Notes: generated by a model not told the origin, from the sequence alone. 58,428 nucleotides of DNA from Nitrospinota bacterium (GCA_022562795.1 JADFOP010000009.1:1-58428); one strand, 5' to 3'; numbered from the stretch's first letter, positions 15,670-26,394 are shown. Numbers and translations: made by a program.

Positions 15670-17586
15670 ATGCAGCCTGATTTTGGCTACGTTTGGCTGA
15701 TTCTCCTCTTTCCGGCCCTTGGCGTCATTATCAACGGCTTCTTTGCCCACTGGGTAGGCCGGCGAGGGGTCTCCTGGGTAGGCCCCGGCGTCGTGGGGCT
15801 CTCTTTCTTAGTAGCTTGCAAGGCCTTCCTTAACCTTAGGGCCCTGCCTGTCAAGAGCAGGGTTGTGGAGGAGGTTCTCTACACGTGGATTGGATCGGGC
15901 CGTTTCGTAATAGAGATGGCTCTCCAGATCGACCCTCTTTCGGTCGTGATGATACTAGTCGTCAGTGGAGTCGGCTTCCTCATCCACGTCTACTCCGTCG
16001 GCTATATGCATGACGATCCCGGCTACTGCCGGTTCTTCACCTACCTCAACCTCTTTACACTGAGCATGCTGCTGCTCGTGCTGGCCAATAACTTCCTCCT
16101 CATGTTCATCGGCTGGGAGGGGGTCGGGCTATGCTCCTACCTTCTCATCGGCTTCTGGTACGAGAAGAAGAGCGCGGCCGATGCTGGCATGAAAGCCTTC
16201 GTGGTCAACCGCATCGGCGACTTCGGCTTCGTGGTCGCCATGATGCTCATCTTCGTGACCTTCGGGAGCCTAGACTTTACGGAGGTATTCCACGCCGCCC
16301 CCCATACCCTTCAGCTCGGTGGGACCACGGCGATGCTCATCGCGCTTTTGCTGTTCGTCGGCGCCGTTGGCAAAAGTGCCCAAATCCCTCTATACGTCTG
16401 GCTCCCGGACGCCATGGAGGGGCCAACCCCCGTGAGCGCCCTCATCCATGCAGCCACCATGGTCACCGCCGGCGTCTACATGGTTGCCCGCTGTAGCGCC
16501 CTCTACCTCATGGCGCCCTTCATCCTTTCTGTGGTGGCTGCCGTAGGGGTCGCCACGGCCCTCCTTGCCGCCACGATCGGCTTGGTACAAAACGACATCA
16601 AGCGGGTCCTGGCCTACTCGACGGTCAGTCAGCTCGGATACATGTTCGCCGCATGCGGAGTTGGCGCATTCGGAGCGGCGATCTTCCATCTTGTGACCCA
16701 CGCCTTCTTCAAGGCTTTGCTTTTCTTGGGAGCCGGAAGCGTTATCCATGGTATGGCCGGCGAGCACGACATCAGGAAGATGGGGGCGCTGAGGCGCCAT
16801 ATGCCCGTCACCTACGTAACCTTCCTCGTGGCGAGCCTAGCCATCGCGGGCATCTTCCCCTTTGCCGGATTCTTCTCCAAAGATGAGATACTCTTCAGCG
16901 CCTTCATCAACGGCAACTATTTGATTTGGGCCCTCGCCGTTTTCACGGCCTTCCTGACCGCCTTTTACATGTTCCGGCTCCTCTTCTTGACGTTCCACGG
17001 ATCATCGAGGGTGGAGAAAGAGGTGGCCAGGAACCTCCACGAATCACCTCGGGTCATGACGATTCCATTGGCCGTCCTGGGGGTGCTTTCCGCGGTTGGC
17101 GGCTTCATAGGCATCCCGATAATTTACGGCGGAAATAAGATTGGCGCGTTCCTCGCTCCGGCCCTCGCCCACGGAGCACCCCACGGCCCCCACGCGAGCC
17201 TGGGGACTGAGCTAGGCCTCATGGTCTTCAGCTTGGGGGTGGTCGCAGCCGGCATCGCATTGTCTTACATCTGGTACCTGAATCGGCCCGAGGTCCCTGC
17301 CCAGTTGGCCGAGCGCTACAAAACGCTATACCAGATGTTGTTGAACAAATATTTCGTGGACGAAATCTACGACGATCTGGTGGTACGCCCGACCATAGCC
17401 GGCTCAGAGAGTGTCTATCGGAGGTTCGATCTCAGGATCATTGATGGGGCGGTCAACGGAGCCGGGGCGCTGGTGCGCTCGTTTGCCGCTACCATCCGGC
17501 TCTACCAGACCGGATACGTGCGTAACTACGCTCTGAGCATCCTGCTGGGCGTGATTTTCGTGGTGGGATATTTCCTGATGGTGTAG
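15670..17586 (+). CDS. nuoL: NADH:quinone oxidoreductase subunit L
   Basis: IHVYS.GYM..D, GWEGVGLCSYLLIGFW, KAF.VNRIGD.G, GKSAQ.PL.VWLPDAMEGPTPVSALIHAATMV; start set at ATG 15670. Confidence 0.96.
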   Translation: MQPDFGYVWLILLFPALGVIINGFFAHWVGRRGVSWVGPGVVGLSFLVACKAFLNLRALPVKSRVVEEVLYTWIGSGRFVIEMALQIDPLSVVMILVVSGVGFLIHVYSVGYMHDDPGYCRFFTYLNLFTLSMLLLVLANNFLLMFIGWEGVGLCSYLLIGFWYEKKSAADAGMKAFVVNRIGDFGFVVAMMLIFVTFGSLDFTEVFHAAPHTLQLGGTTAMLIALLLFVGAVGKSAQIPLYVWLPDAMEGPTPVSALIHAATMVTAGVYMVARCSALYLMAPFILSVVAAVGVATALLAATIGLVQNDIKRVLAYSTVSQLGYMFAACGVGAFGAAIFHLVTHAFFKALLFLGAGSVIHGMAGEHDIRKMGALRRHMPVTYVTFLVASLAIAGIFPFAGFFSKDEILFSAFINGNYLIWALAVFTAFLTAFYMFRLLFLTFHGSSRVEKEVARNLHESPRVMTIPLAVLGVLSAVGGFIGIPIIYGGNKIGAFLAPALAHGAPHGPHASLGTELGLMVFSLGVVAAGIALSYIWYLNRPEVPAQLAERYKTLYQMLLNKYFVDEIYDDLVVRPTIAGSESVYRRFDLRIIDGAVNGAGALVRSFAATIRLYQTGYVRNYALSILLGVIFVVGYFLMV

Positions 17587-17602
17587 AGGAGGTCCGCACC
17601 TA

Positions 17603-19201
17603 ATGAGCACTGGCTTCGGGCTGATTAGCGCCGTTGTCTTCTTGCCGGCCTTCGGGGCGGTGGCCTTGGCCTGCGTGCCCCGACGCCTAGAGCGGGCCTT
17701 CCCTCTGGGCTCGCTCGCAGTCTCGCTGATTACCCTCCTTCTTTCCATACCTCTATTTACCGGTTTCGAGACGGGCACAGCGGCTTTTCAGTTTGTTGAA
17801 CGCATGTCGTGGATCCCCACCTTAGGTGTTGGCTACCACGTGGGAATCGACGGCATAAGCCTCTTTCTCGTCCTCCTCACTACCTTGCTGGGCGTGCTGG
17901 CCATCGCCTCTAGCTTCACTGCCATCACCGACCGTACGAAGGAATTCTACATCTTTTTGCTCCTGCTGGAGACGAGCATGCTCGGGGTCTTCGTCGCCCT
18001 CGATTTCTTTCTCTTTTACGTCTTCTGGGAAGCGATGCTGATACCCATGGCTTTCCTCATAGGGGTTTGGGGCGGGCCACGGAGGATCTACGCTGCGGTG
18101 AAATTCTTCCTCTACACCCTCTTCGGCTCCCTGCTCATGCTGGTGGCGATTATCGTGCTCTATTTCTATCATCAGTCGGTGAACGGGTTCTACACGACCG
18201 ACTTGCTCGCATTCTTCGACCTCCAGATCCCGAGAAGCTACCAGATGTGGCTCTTCGGGGCATTCGCGCTTTCTTTTGCGATCAAGGTGCCCATGTGGCC
18301 TTTTCACACGTGGCTCCCCGATGCTCACGTCGAGGCCCCAACGGCCGGGAGCGTCATTCTGGCGGGCGTGCTCCTGAAGATGGGCACCTATGGCTTCGTT
18401 CGTTTTTGCCTCCCCCTCTTTCCGGCCGCCAGCACCCACTTCATGCCTCTGATTATGGCACTCGCCGTCATCGGCATCATCTACGGAGCGCTTATGGCCA
18501 TGATCCAGCCCAATATGAAAAACCTCGTCGCCTATAGCTCGGTCAGCCACCTGGGGTTCGTCATGATCGGCATCTTCGCCATGAACGTCCAGGGCATCGA
18601 GGGTGGGATCCTCCAGATGATCAACCACGGGCTTTCCACCGGGGCCCTCTTCCTGCTCCTCGGAATGTTATACGAGAGGCGCCACACGATGCTCATCGAC
18701 GACTTCGGTGGCCTTCATGCGGTCATGCCTCTCTTTACCTTCTTCTTCCTCATAACCACGATGAGCTCCATCGGGCTTCCGGGCCTGAACGGCTTCGTTG
18801 GGGAGTTCCTCTGTCTCGTCGGGGCCTTCCAGACGAACCGGCTTGTGGCGGTCCTCGCTACGACCGGGGTCATCCTGGCCGCAGTCTACATGCTCTGGAT
18901 GGTCAAGAGGGTCTTCTACGGCCAGGTGGTCCACGAGGAGAATAGGAAACTAAAAGACCTCAACGGCCGAGAGCTCGCCATCATGATACCAATCGTTGTC
19001 CTCTACCTGGTCATCGGCCTTTACCCGAAACCGCTCTTGAGCCGGATGGAGCCCTCGGTGAACCATCTGCTGGCCCAGATTAGGAGCGCTGAACGCCATA
19101 TGGTAGTGGAAAAAGGAGTCCAGAGACCGGTCGGGGCCTTAACGGAAGGGAGAGTCGTGGTCGAAGGCGGTGAGACAGCCGCCCGGGAGGGTGTGCGGTG
19201 A
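17603..19201 (+). CDS. nuoM: NADH:quinone oxidoreductase subunit M
   Basis: FYVFWE..LIPM, KVPMWPFHTWLPDAHVEAPTAGSVILAG.LLKMG.YG, GLPGLNGFVGEF. Confidence 0.96.
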   Translation: MSTGFGLISAVVFLPAFGAVALACVPRRLERAFPLGSLAVSLITLLLSIPLFTGFETGTAAFQFVERMSWIPTLGVGYHVGIDGISLFLVLLTTLLGVLAIASSFTAITDRTKEFYIFLLLLETSMLGVFVALDFFLFYVFWEAMLIPMAFLIGVWGGPRRIYAAVKFFLYTLFGSLLMLVAIIVLYFYHQSVNGFYTTDLLAFFDLQIPRSYQMWLFGAFALSFAIKVPMWPFHTWLPDAHVEAPTAGSVILAGVLLKMGTYGFVRFCLPLFPAASTHFMPLIMALAVIGIIYGALMAMIQPNMKNLVAYSSVSHLGFVMIGIFAMNVQGIEGGILQMINHGLSTGALFLLLGMLYERRHTMLIDDFGGLHAVMPLFTFFFLITTMSSIGLPGLNGFVGEFLCLVGAFQTNRLVAVLATTGVILAAVYMLWMVKRVFYGQVVHEENRKLKDLNGRELAIMIPIVVLYLVIGLYPKPLLSRMEPSVNHLLAQIRSAERHMVVEKGVQRPVGALTEGRVVVEGGETAAREGVR

Positions 19202-20652
19202 ATTTGGAGGCCCTCAACATCTCTGTCGGCGGTGTGGCCCCCCTGCTCATACTCTCAATCACGGCCCTGGTGGTGCTGGGCCTCGATTGCTTCTGGCCCT
19301 CTAATCGGCGCTCAAGCCTCGCGTACGTCACCGTGGCCGGCTGCTTGATGGCCCTCGGGGCGGCTTGGCGCCTTTGGGGGACCCAGGAGGCCATCTTCGG
19401 CCGGATGGTTGTGGTGGACAATTACTCAACCCTCTTCACCATTATTTTCATAGTGGGCACGATCCTTACAACACTGCTCTCGGTCGGGTTTGCCGCCCGC
19501 ATGGGCTTCGATATTGGCGAGTACTACGCACTGTTGCTCTTTACCACCGTCGGCATGATCATGATGGCCCAGGGGCTCAACCTGATTACGATTTTCCTCG
19601 GTCTCGAGATCCTCTCCATTTCCCTCTATATTCTGGCCGGTATGCAACGGCAGCGCTTTGCAAGTATCGAGGCCTCCCTCAAGTACTTCCTCCTGGGGGC
19701 CTTCTCATCGGCGTTCTTTCTCTACGGCGTGGCCCTTACATACGGGGCGACATCCTCCCTGGACTTGGAGGAGATCGCCAGGGCCGTTGGCCAGGCGTCG
19801 CTGACGAGCAAGCCCCTCCTCTTAATCGGGGTGGGCCTGATGCTCATCGGCTTTGGCTTTAAGGTGGCAACGGTGCCCTTCCACGTCTGGACTCCCGACG
19901 TCTACGAGGGAGCTCCGACCTCGGTGGCGGCCTTCATGTCGGTTGGCGCCAAGGCCGCCGGCTTCGCAGCATTCGTTCGGGTCTTCAGCCTCTCCCTTCA
20001 GCCGCTGGCCCCTGATTGGACCCAGCTGCTATGGGTTATCGCGGTGGCGACCATGGTTGTCGGCAACGTCGTCGCCATCGCCCAAAGCAACATCAAGCGG
20101 CTGCTTGCGTACTCCTCCATCGCCCATGCCGGCTACGTGGTTGTAGCGATGGTCGCCTCGAGCGCCATGGGAACCTCGAGCGTGCTCTTCTACCTATTGG
20201 TCTACACTTTTATGAACCTCGGCGCCTTTGGAGTGGTTTTGGCATTGGGGCACCAGGAGGAAGAAGTTCTATTGATCGACGACTTCGCAGGCCTGGGGCG
20301 GCGCGCACCGGCCCTGGCGGCAGCCATGGCCCTTTTCATGTTCGCCTTGGCGGGCATCCCCCCTACGGCCGGATTTGTCGGCAAGTTCTACATTTTCTCT
20401 GCAGCAGTCCAAAGCGGGTTCATCGGCCTCGCAGTCATTGGTGTGATGACGAGTCTCGTCTCCGTCTACTACTATCTTCGGGTGGTGGTGGTCATGTACA
20501 TGAGAGAGCAAGAGGGCGAGATTCCCCTGGCCCCGAAGAGCGTTCCCGCCAACGTTGCCCTCATGATAGCCGCGGCCGCGACCCTTGCTTTAGGGCTATT
20601 TCCCAATGCTTTCATGGCCGCGGCGAGCCACTTTATGGTGGCCATGCCCTAG
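19198..20652 (+). CDS. nuoN: NADH:quinone oxidoreductase subunit N
   Basis: EASLKYFLLGAFSS, FKVA.VPFHVWTPDVYEGAPT, KRLLAYSSIAHAGY, LAGIPPTAGF.GKF. Confidence 0.96.
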   Translation: MNLEALNISVGGVAPLLILSITALVVLGLDCFWPSNRRSSLAYVTVAGCLMALGAAWRLWGTQEAIFGRMVVVDNYSTLFTIIFIVGTILTTLLSVGFAARMGFDIGEYYALLLFTTVGMIMMAQGLNLITIFLGLEILSISLYILAGMQRQRFASIEASLKYFLLGAFSSAFFLYGVALTYGATSSLDLEEIARAVGQASLTSKPLLLIGVGLMLIGFGFKVATVPFHVWTPDVYEGAPTSVAAFMSVGAKAAGFAAFVRVFSLSLQPLAPDWTQLLWVIAVATMVVGNVVAIAQSNIKRLLAYSSIAHAGYVVVAMVASSAMGTSSVLFYLLVYTFMNLGAFGVVLALGHQEEEVLLIDDFAGLGRRAPALAAAMALFMFALAGIPPTAGFVGKFYIFSAAVQSGFIGLAVIGVMTSLVSVYYYLRVVVVMYMREQEGEIPLAPKSVPANVALMIAAAATLALGLFPNAFMAAASHFMVAMP

Positions 20653-20680
20653 CGGTCCAATTTCCAGGTACTCCCGATTT

Positions 20681-21427
20681 TCATTCGGGCGCGAAAAGCC
20701 CTTCGGGTAGGCTTGGGTTAGCCTCAACCTCCTCAACCCACTTCTCGGCGATCAAGGTCCGGCCGCTGTAGTAGAGCTGGTGAAAGGGGTAGGCGAGGCC
20801 GGCCACCTTACGGTAATCGTCGAGCACGTGGCTTAGTATCACAGTTTGGCCACCAACGTTGATGTATCCCGCAACCTGGGCTATCCGCTTCGATTCGGAC
20901 TCGAGGAAGACTCGTACCTTGATGGCTTCTGAGTACGTCAGCTCCAGGACGTCGAAGCGTGTACCGCCTCGCTCGAATTGGCCCAGGTGGGCAAGGTCCT
21001 CGTGCCTAGTGGCGAGCTCCAGGGGCAGCCGGTATGTTATGAGGCTGTAGCGCACCACGGGCATCCCATCCGGCGGGACCGGCTCGAACCCTCCCTCTAT
21101 CTTGATCCAGCCCTGGGCGCCGTTGATGATGCGGACCTCTCGGCTCTGCTTATAGGTATGGTCGATGTAGAGTTTGTCGGGGTGCTGGAAGTAGATGGTG
21201 CTGGTGCCCTCGGCGTCCAGCAACGAGTCTGTAAGGCGGCCGACCACCTTGAGGGTGTGGACGGCCCGGAGGGCCTTCCGACCCCCGTGGGCCTCCAAGA
21301 CGGCCTCGATCAGATCGTCGATAGAGTTGGGGCTCGCCCCCTTGGGCTCCACCCCACCCGCGGGTTGTACGATAAAGATAATTAGGAGGGCGACGGCTGC
21401 AATGGAGAGCCTGTGGTATTTCGACAT
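20681..21427 (-). CDS. Exported hypothetical protein (possible LolA/LolB-like fold)
   Basis: Signal peptide; ends DYRKV.G..YPF ... VE.NP.L...LF, typical of lipoprotein-sorting-like proteins. Confidence 0.6.
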   Translation of the reverse strand: MSKYHRLSIAAVALLIIFIVQPAGGVEPKGASPNSIDDLIEAVLEAHGGRKALRAVHTLKVVGRLTDSLLDAEGTSTIYFQHPDKLYIDHTYKQSREVRIINGAQGWIKIEGGFEPVPPDGMPVVRYSLITYRLPLELATRHEDLAHLGQFERGGTRFDVLELTYSEAIKVRVFLESESKRIAQVAGYINVGGQTVILSHVLDDYRKVAGLAYPFHQLYYSGRTLIAEKWVEEVEANPSLPEGLFAPE

Positions 21428-21510
21428 GGAAGGGTCCCTTCACTTGGCGGTGACATCGCCCATCGTATACCTAGGCTTCGTGGGGAGTCAAAGGTCGTTG
21501 AGTTAAGCCC

Positions 21511-21539
21511 TTGCTTGGAATGGAATTCTGCCGTATATT
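21511..21539 (+). promoter_or_regulatory. Putative sigma70 promoter for aldolase
   Basis: TTGCTT-17 bp-TATATT. Confidence 0.5.
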
Positions 21540-21597
21540 CTAAAAGTAGCCGGTGCGCTCTTGCGCGCCGGTTAGGTATACAAGAAGAGTGTGGGCA

Positions 21598-23004
21598 ATG
21601 ACCTGTGGAAACATAGCCGAGCTTGTCACCTCGCTCGAGGGCGCCTTAAGCCTTTCTCCTGATGGCGTTCGGGTGATCGACGAGCAGGCGCTTCGGAGTA
21701 AGGTGGTGGATTCCCTCATCCACCACGCTGTCTTCCACGCCGACGTCGAGGTTCGACAGGCCTCTCGCTGGCTCATCCGGCAGGCGGCCGCCTCCCTAGG
21801 CATCTTTCCCTCCTCCATCCATCCCCTTTACGTCGCCCGGGGCAAGGGGGAGTGTGTAGGCTTCACCGTCCCGGCGGTGAACATTCGCACAATTACTTAC
21901 GACTGCGCCCGGGCGCTGCTTCGTGCGGCTAGAGGGAGGGACGTGGGAGCCGTTGTCTTCGAGATAGCCCGGAGCGAAATGGGCTACACCGACCAGCGTC
22001 CCAGCGAATTTGCCGCAGCAGTTCTCTCCGCTGCAATAAAGGAAGGATGGACCGGTCCCATTTTTATCCAGGGAGACCACTTTCAGGTAAACGCCAAGCG
22101 CTACGCCACCGACCCCGAGGGCGAGCTGCAAGCCGTGCGCGACCTCATTTCCGAGGCGATGGAGGCGGGCTTCTACAATATCGACATCGACACATCAACA
22201 CTGGTTGACCTTTCACTGCCTACCATGGATGAGCAGCAGAGGCTCAATTACACAATATCGGCTGAGATGACGGCCTACCTGCGGAGCTTGGAGCCGGAGG
22301 GCATAACCGTCTCGGTCGGAGGCGAGATTGGAGAGGTCGGTGGAAAAAACTCCACTGTGGGGGAGCTTCTGGCCTACGTGGATGGCTACCGCCGAGTGCT
22401 GGCTGAGCTTAACGGGGGCCTGGTAGGCCTGTCGAAAATCAGCGTCCAGACGGGCACGACCCACGGCGGGGTGGTGCTACCCGACGGCTCGGTTGCTGAG
22501 GTGGCTCTCGACTTTGAGGCACTGGGGGATCTTTCGCGAGCGGCCCGAGAGAACTACGGCCTTGCAGGGGCTGTTCAGCACGGCGCCTCGACCTTGCCCG
22601 AGGAGGCTTTCCACCACTTTCCTGAGAGGGAGTGTGCGGAGGTCCACCTCGCGACGAACTTTCAAAACATTATTTACGAGCACGAGGAGTTTCCGAGGGA
22701 GCTTCGAGAGGAGATGTACGAGTGGTTGAATCAGAACTGCGCCGAGGAGCGCGGGTCTGACCAGAGCGACGAGCAGTTCCAATACAAGACTCGCAAGAAG
22801 GCTTTCGGGCCGTTTAAGCGAGCTGTCTGGGAGCTGCCCGAGGCCGTTAAATGGGCCATCGGTGAGACGCTCGAGAGTCGGTTCGCCTTCCTCTTTGAGC
22901 AGCTCAACGTGGTCGGCACCGCGTCGTTGGTGACCGAACACGTAAACCCTCTCGATGTTCCGTATCCCGTCCCGGAGGGGCTTGCGGGGTTAGCTGGGCT
23001 TTAA
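21598..23004 (+). CDS. Class II fructose-bisphosphate aldolase family protein
   Basis: FTVPAVN, QGDHFQ, GGEIGEVG, QTGTTHGG, VQHGASTLP; start set at ATG 21598. Confidence 0.88.
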   Translation: MTCGNIAELVTSLEGALSLSPDGVRVIDEQALRSKVVDSLIHHAVFHADVEVRQASRWLIRQAAASLGIFPSSIHPLYVARGKGECVGFTVPAVNIRTITYDCARALLRAARGRDVGAVVFEIARSEMGYTDQRPSEFAAAVLSAAIKEGWTGPIFIQGDHFQVNAKRYATDPEGELQAVRDLISEAMEAGFYNIDIDTSTLVDLSLPTMDEQQRLNYTISAEMTAYLRSLEPEGITVSVGGEIGEVGGKNSTVGELLAYVDGYRRVLAELNGGLVGLSKISVQTGTTHGGVVLPDGSVAEVALDFEALGDLSRAARENYGLAGAVQHGASTLPEEAFHHFPERECAEVHLATNFQNIIYEHEEFPRELREEMYEWLNQNCAEERGSDQSDEQFQYKTRKKAFGPFKRAVWELPEAVKWAIGETLESRFAFLFEQLNVVGTASLVTEHVNPLDVPYPVPEGLAGLAGL

Positions 23005-23350
23005 GCTCACTTGAACAGCCCCCCCAGGGCTAACGATTACCCGGTTATGGGATACCACGGGACTTGGCCATCCAGTTGAGGGGCGCTTATAGCAGCCTAT
23101 CCTGGCAGTCGGTCCTTCGGTACCCGACGAGGTCATGGTGACGCATCGCCACGCAATTGAGGGAGGGCCGCTAAGGGCCCTTCCGAATAACCCCGCCTGT
23201 GGTATGACAGATCGGTCACTCTCCCTGAGAGACGACTATCGGCCGAAGCTATAGGCCGGGGGAAGCCTTCGATCTTACCCGGTCTCGGCTCACGGCTCCA
23301 CCAGCCTTACTGTTCACCGTCTGCGTGGCGACCACCATCAAAACATCCCC

Positions 23351-25254
23351 ATGATTAAAAAGATGCTTATTAATGCAAGGGAAGAGGAAGAGATTCGTGT
23401 GGCTATTATCGAGGATGGAATTTTGCAGGAGCTCGACATTAAATCCACCGCTAAGGAGCAGTTGAAGGGCAACATTTATAAAGCAAAGGTGGTCAATGTC
23501 GAGCAAGGCCTCCAGGCTGCATTTGTTGATTTCTCAGGAGGAAAGCCAGGATTTCTTTCCTTGGGGGAGATTCAGCCGAATTATTTGCCGGAAAAAGAGA
23601 AGGGCAACCGTCGCCGCATCCAAGAAGTCCTCAAACGGGGTCAAGAGCTCCTCGTCCAAGTCACCAAGGATGAGATCGGAGCTAAGGGAGCTGCGCTGAC
23701 CACATATATTAGTTTGCCGGGCCGATATCTCGTCTTAATGCCAGGTTCTGATTCCACAGGGATCAGCCGTAAAATCGAGGACGAGGTAACACGTCAGCGA
23801 CTCAAAAAGATTATGGGACAGCTTGACGTTCCATCAGACATGGGTCTTATCGTGCGAACGGCGGGCCTCGACCGCACCAAAACCGACCTCGGAAAGGACT
23901 TAACATATCTCCTCAAGCTCTGGGAGACCATCGCCCAGAAGGGGGAGGAGGCCAAAGCGACTGCCCTCATATACCAAGATCTCAACGTCATCATCCGGGC
24001 CATTCGGGATTACTTCACGACCGACATCGGCGAGGTACTCATAGACAACCAAGAAGTCTACCAAGAGGCGAAGGAATTCTTTGCCGACGTGATGCCCCGC
24101 TTCGGCCGTCGGGTCAAGCTCTATTCGGATAAGAGACCGCTCTTTTCTAGGTACGATTTGGAGAATCAGATTGAGATGATTTACGAGTGGAAGATACCGC
24201 TGAAAGGAGGCGGTTCCATAATCATCGAGCCTACCGAAGCATTGGTGACGATAGACGTGAACTCTGGCCGAGGCTTACCCAAAAAGGGGATGGAGGAAAC
24301 AGCCTATCAAACCAACCTTGAGGCGGCCCGAGAAGCCGCACGCCAGCTCAGGTTGCGCGACTTGGGCGGGCTTGTCGTCATCGATTTTATCGACATGAGA
24401 GACCGGAAACACAAGGCCGCCGTAGAGAGGGAGTTTCGGGCTGCAGTCAAGCCTGACAAGGCCCGCATACAGACCTCCTCCATATCCCGCTTTGGTCTCA
24501 TGGAGCTTTCCCGTCAAAGGCTCCGCAGTCCACTGATGGACGTGAGCTTTAGCTCCTGCCCAAACTGCCAGGGCCATGGCGTGATAAAATCGACGGAAGC
24601 CAAAAGCATGGAGATTCTCCGCAAAATTCACACTGCTGCCGCTCGCGGAAACGTCCGCGAGGTCCGAGGCATCATGTCGGCGTCCGTGGTCGAGTACCTC
24701 CTGAATCGAAAACGCAGGGAGCTGCTCCAGATCGAGATCGACTACGACGTAAAAGTGGTGCTCTCAGGCACCACCGAGATTCTGGGAACACACTACGAGC
24801 TGGAGTACGTAAGGCGTGACGTGCCAAAGGAAGAAAGGCCGCCCAGGGCCCGGAGACGGCGCCGACGCGCCCCGAAATCCGAGGAGCCGGAGGCAGTGTC
24901 CAAACCGCAGGAGGAGCCGGTTTCAGAAGAAGGCCAAGAGGGGTTGTTGCACGCGGGCCTTCGCCTCATTAGTCGCCTGAGGCCCGCCCCGCTCCGGTGG
25001 CTCCGTGCCGAGGAGGAAGAGCCTTCCCCCGGACCGACAGCCCACTCCCACCCCACCAGGATGCCTTGGAGGAGGTGGCAGAGGTAATTGAGAGGGGTCA
25101 GGCCTCAGGAGGGGGCGAGGATGCACCCGTCTCAACTGAGCAGACCTCATCGGACCGCCGAAGGAGCCGGTCGCGCAGCTCCCGCCGCCGCCGCTCCAGC
25201 CGTTCCCGCACCACCTCACCCTCAAAATCCTCCAGCCCTAAGGAGGACGCATAG
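23351..25254 (+). CDS. rne: Ribonuclease E/G; probable -1 frameshift at C-run 25026-25030 (in-frame stop otherwise at 25087)
   Basis: KKMLINA...EE.RVA, KGNIYKA.V, LPGRYLVLMP, IDVNSG, LRLRDLGGL.VIDFIDM, C..C.G.G; low-complexity Arg/Ser-rich tail continues in the -1 frame to 25254. Confidence 0.9.
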
Positions 25255-25289
25255 GTCTAGAGCCCGCAATAGTCAGCGATATGGCGTTG

Positions 25290-25327
25290 CCGGCGGCGTC
25301 CCTTACGGGACGCCGCCGGTTTTTTTT
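25290..25327 (+). terminator. Intrinsic terminator after rne
   Basis: 13-bp perfect stem CCGGCGGCGTCCC-TTAC-GGGACGCCGCCGG followed by T8. Confidence 0.9.
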
Positions 25328-25407
25328 GCGTCCATCGGTACGGCTAGAAGGCGGAATCGCTCTAGCTATTCCGAAGCTTTGGGCCGGTGCTCTACGTTGG
25401 GGTCTGC

Positions 25408-26361
25408 TCATCCCATGATGAGCCAGGCGACGAACAGTCCGTAACAGGTCAGCAACACTATGCCTTCCCGCCTGCTTAGGGTCGCGTGACTTCTGAATAA
25501 CCACATCAAGAGAAGGTAGAAGGCGAAGGCGACGGGAAATTCCACTCTGAGGGCCGTGGGATTCACGGTGATGGGTTTGAGAATTGCGACGAAGCCCACG
25601 CAGACGAGAATGTTGAAGTTGTTGCTGCCGATAACGTTGGCGAGGCTGATCTCGGGCTCTTTGTGATATGCGCTCGAGACTGAGGCCGCGAGCTCCGGAA
25701 TCGTTGTGCTCAAAGCTACGAGTACAACCCCTAGGGTGAGCCGGCTGATGCCCAGGGTCTCTGCAATTCCGCTGGCGGCTAGCACCACCAAGACCCCGCC
25801 GCCAAAGAGCGCCGCCACGGCCACCAGCACCTGGAGTATGGTTGACCCAACTGCGGGCGTGGTCTCAGCCGTAGGCTTGCCCGATTGGAATGCTCTGATA
25901 TCTCCCGCCGCCGTACGCAGGTGGAGATAGAGGTATCCGCCCATGGCAGCGATCATCACCATCCCCTCGAGCCTCCCGACATGTCGGTTGAGGGCAAATA
26001 GAAAGAAGAGGACGAGGACGCCGAGAGCGAGGGGTAATTCCCGCCGCCGGGCTGTCCGGCTCACCTCAATGGGGGTGATGGTAGTAGAGATACCCAGAAC
26101 GAGGCCTATATTGAGGATGTTGGCCCCAAGAATGGTTCCTAGCGCCAAGTCGTGCTCACCGCTCAGAACCGCTACAAGCACAACACTGAATTCCGGCAGC
26201 GAGGTGGCCATAGCAACCAACGTGGAGCCTAGAACCAGGGATGTTACCCCCCATTTCTTGGTAATGGCCAAACATAGAATCACTAGCCGGTTGGCGGAGA
26301 AGAGGATGAGCGCTACCCCTCCGAGGTATAGGGGCGCCAGCATCCAGGTAGGGACGGGCAT
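25408..26361 (-). CDS. Calcium/sodium antiporter (YrbG/CaCA family)
   Basis: Alpha-repeat motifs ATSLPE...GANILN and STTIPE...GSNNFN; hydrophobic. Confidence 0.9.
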   Translation of the reverse strand: MPVPTWMLAPLYLGGVALILFSANRLVILCLAITKKWGVTSLVLGSTLVAMATSLPEFSVVLVAVLSGEHDLALGTILGANILNIGLVLGISTTITPIEVSRTARRRELPLALGVLVLFFLFALNRHVGRLEGMVMIAAMGGYLYLHLRTAAGDIRAFQSGKPTAETTPAVGSTILQVLVAVAALFGGGVLVVLAASGIAETLGISRLTLGVVLVALSTTIPELAASVSSAYHKEPEISLANVIGSNNFNILVCVGFVAILKPITVNPTALRVEFPVAFAFYLLLMWLFRSHATLSRREGIVLLTCYGLFVAWLIMG

Positions 26362-26394
26362 GGGCCAACTTCCTCGTGGCCTAAGGGAGTTTGG

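Noticed and set aside
23005-23303. tmRNA or tRNA suggested by CTCCACCA at 23296-23303
   Set aside because: No GTTCRA T-loop before it and no matching 5' acceptor strand at a suitable position.
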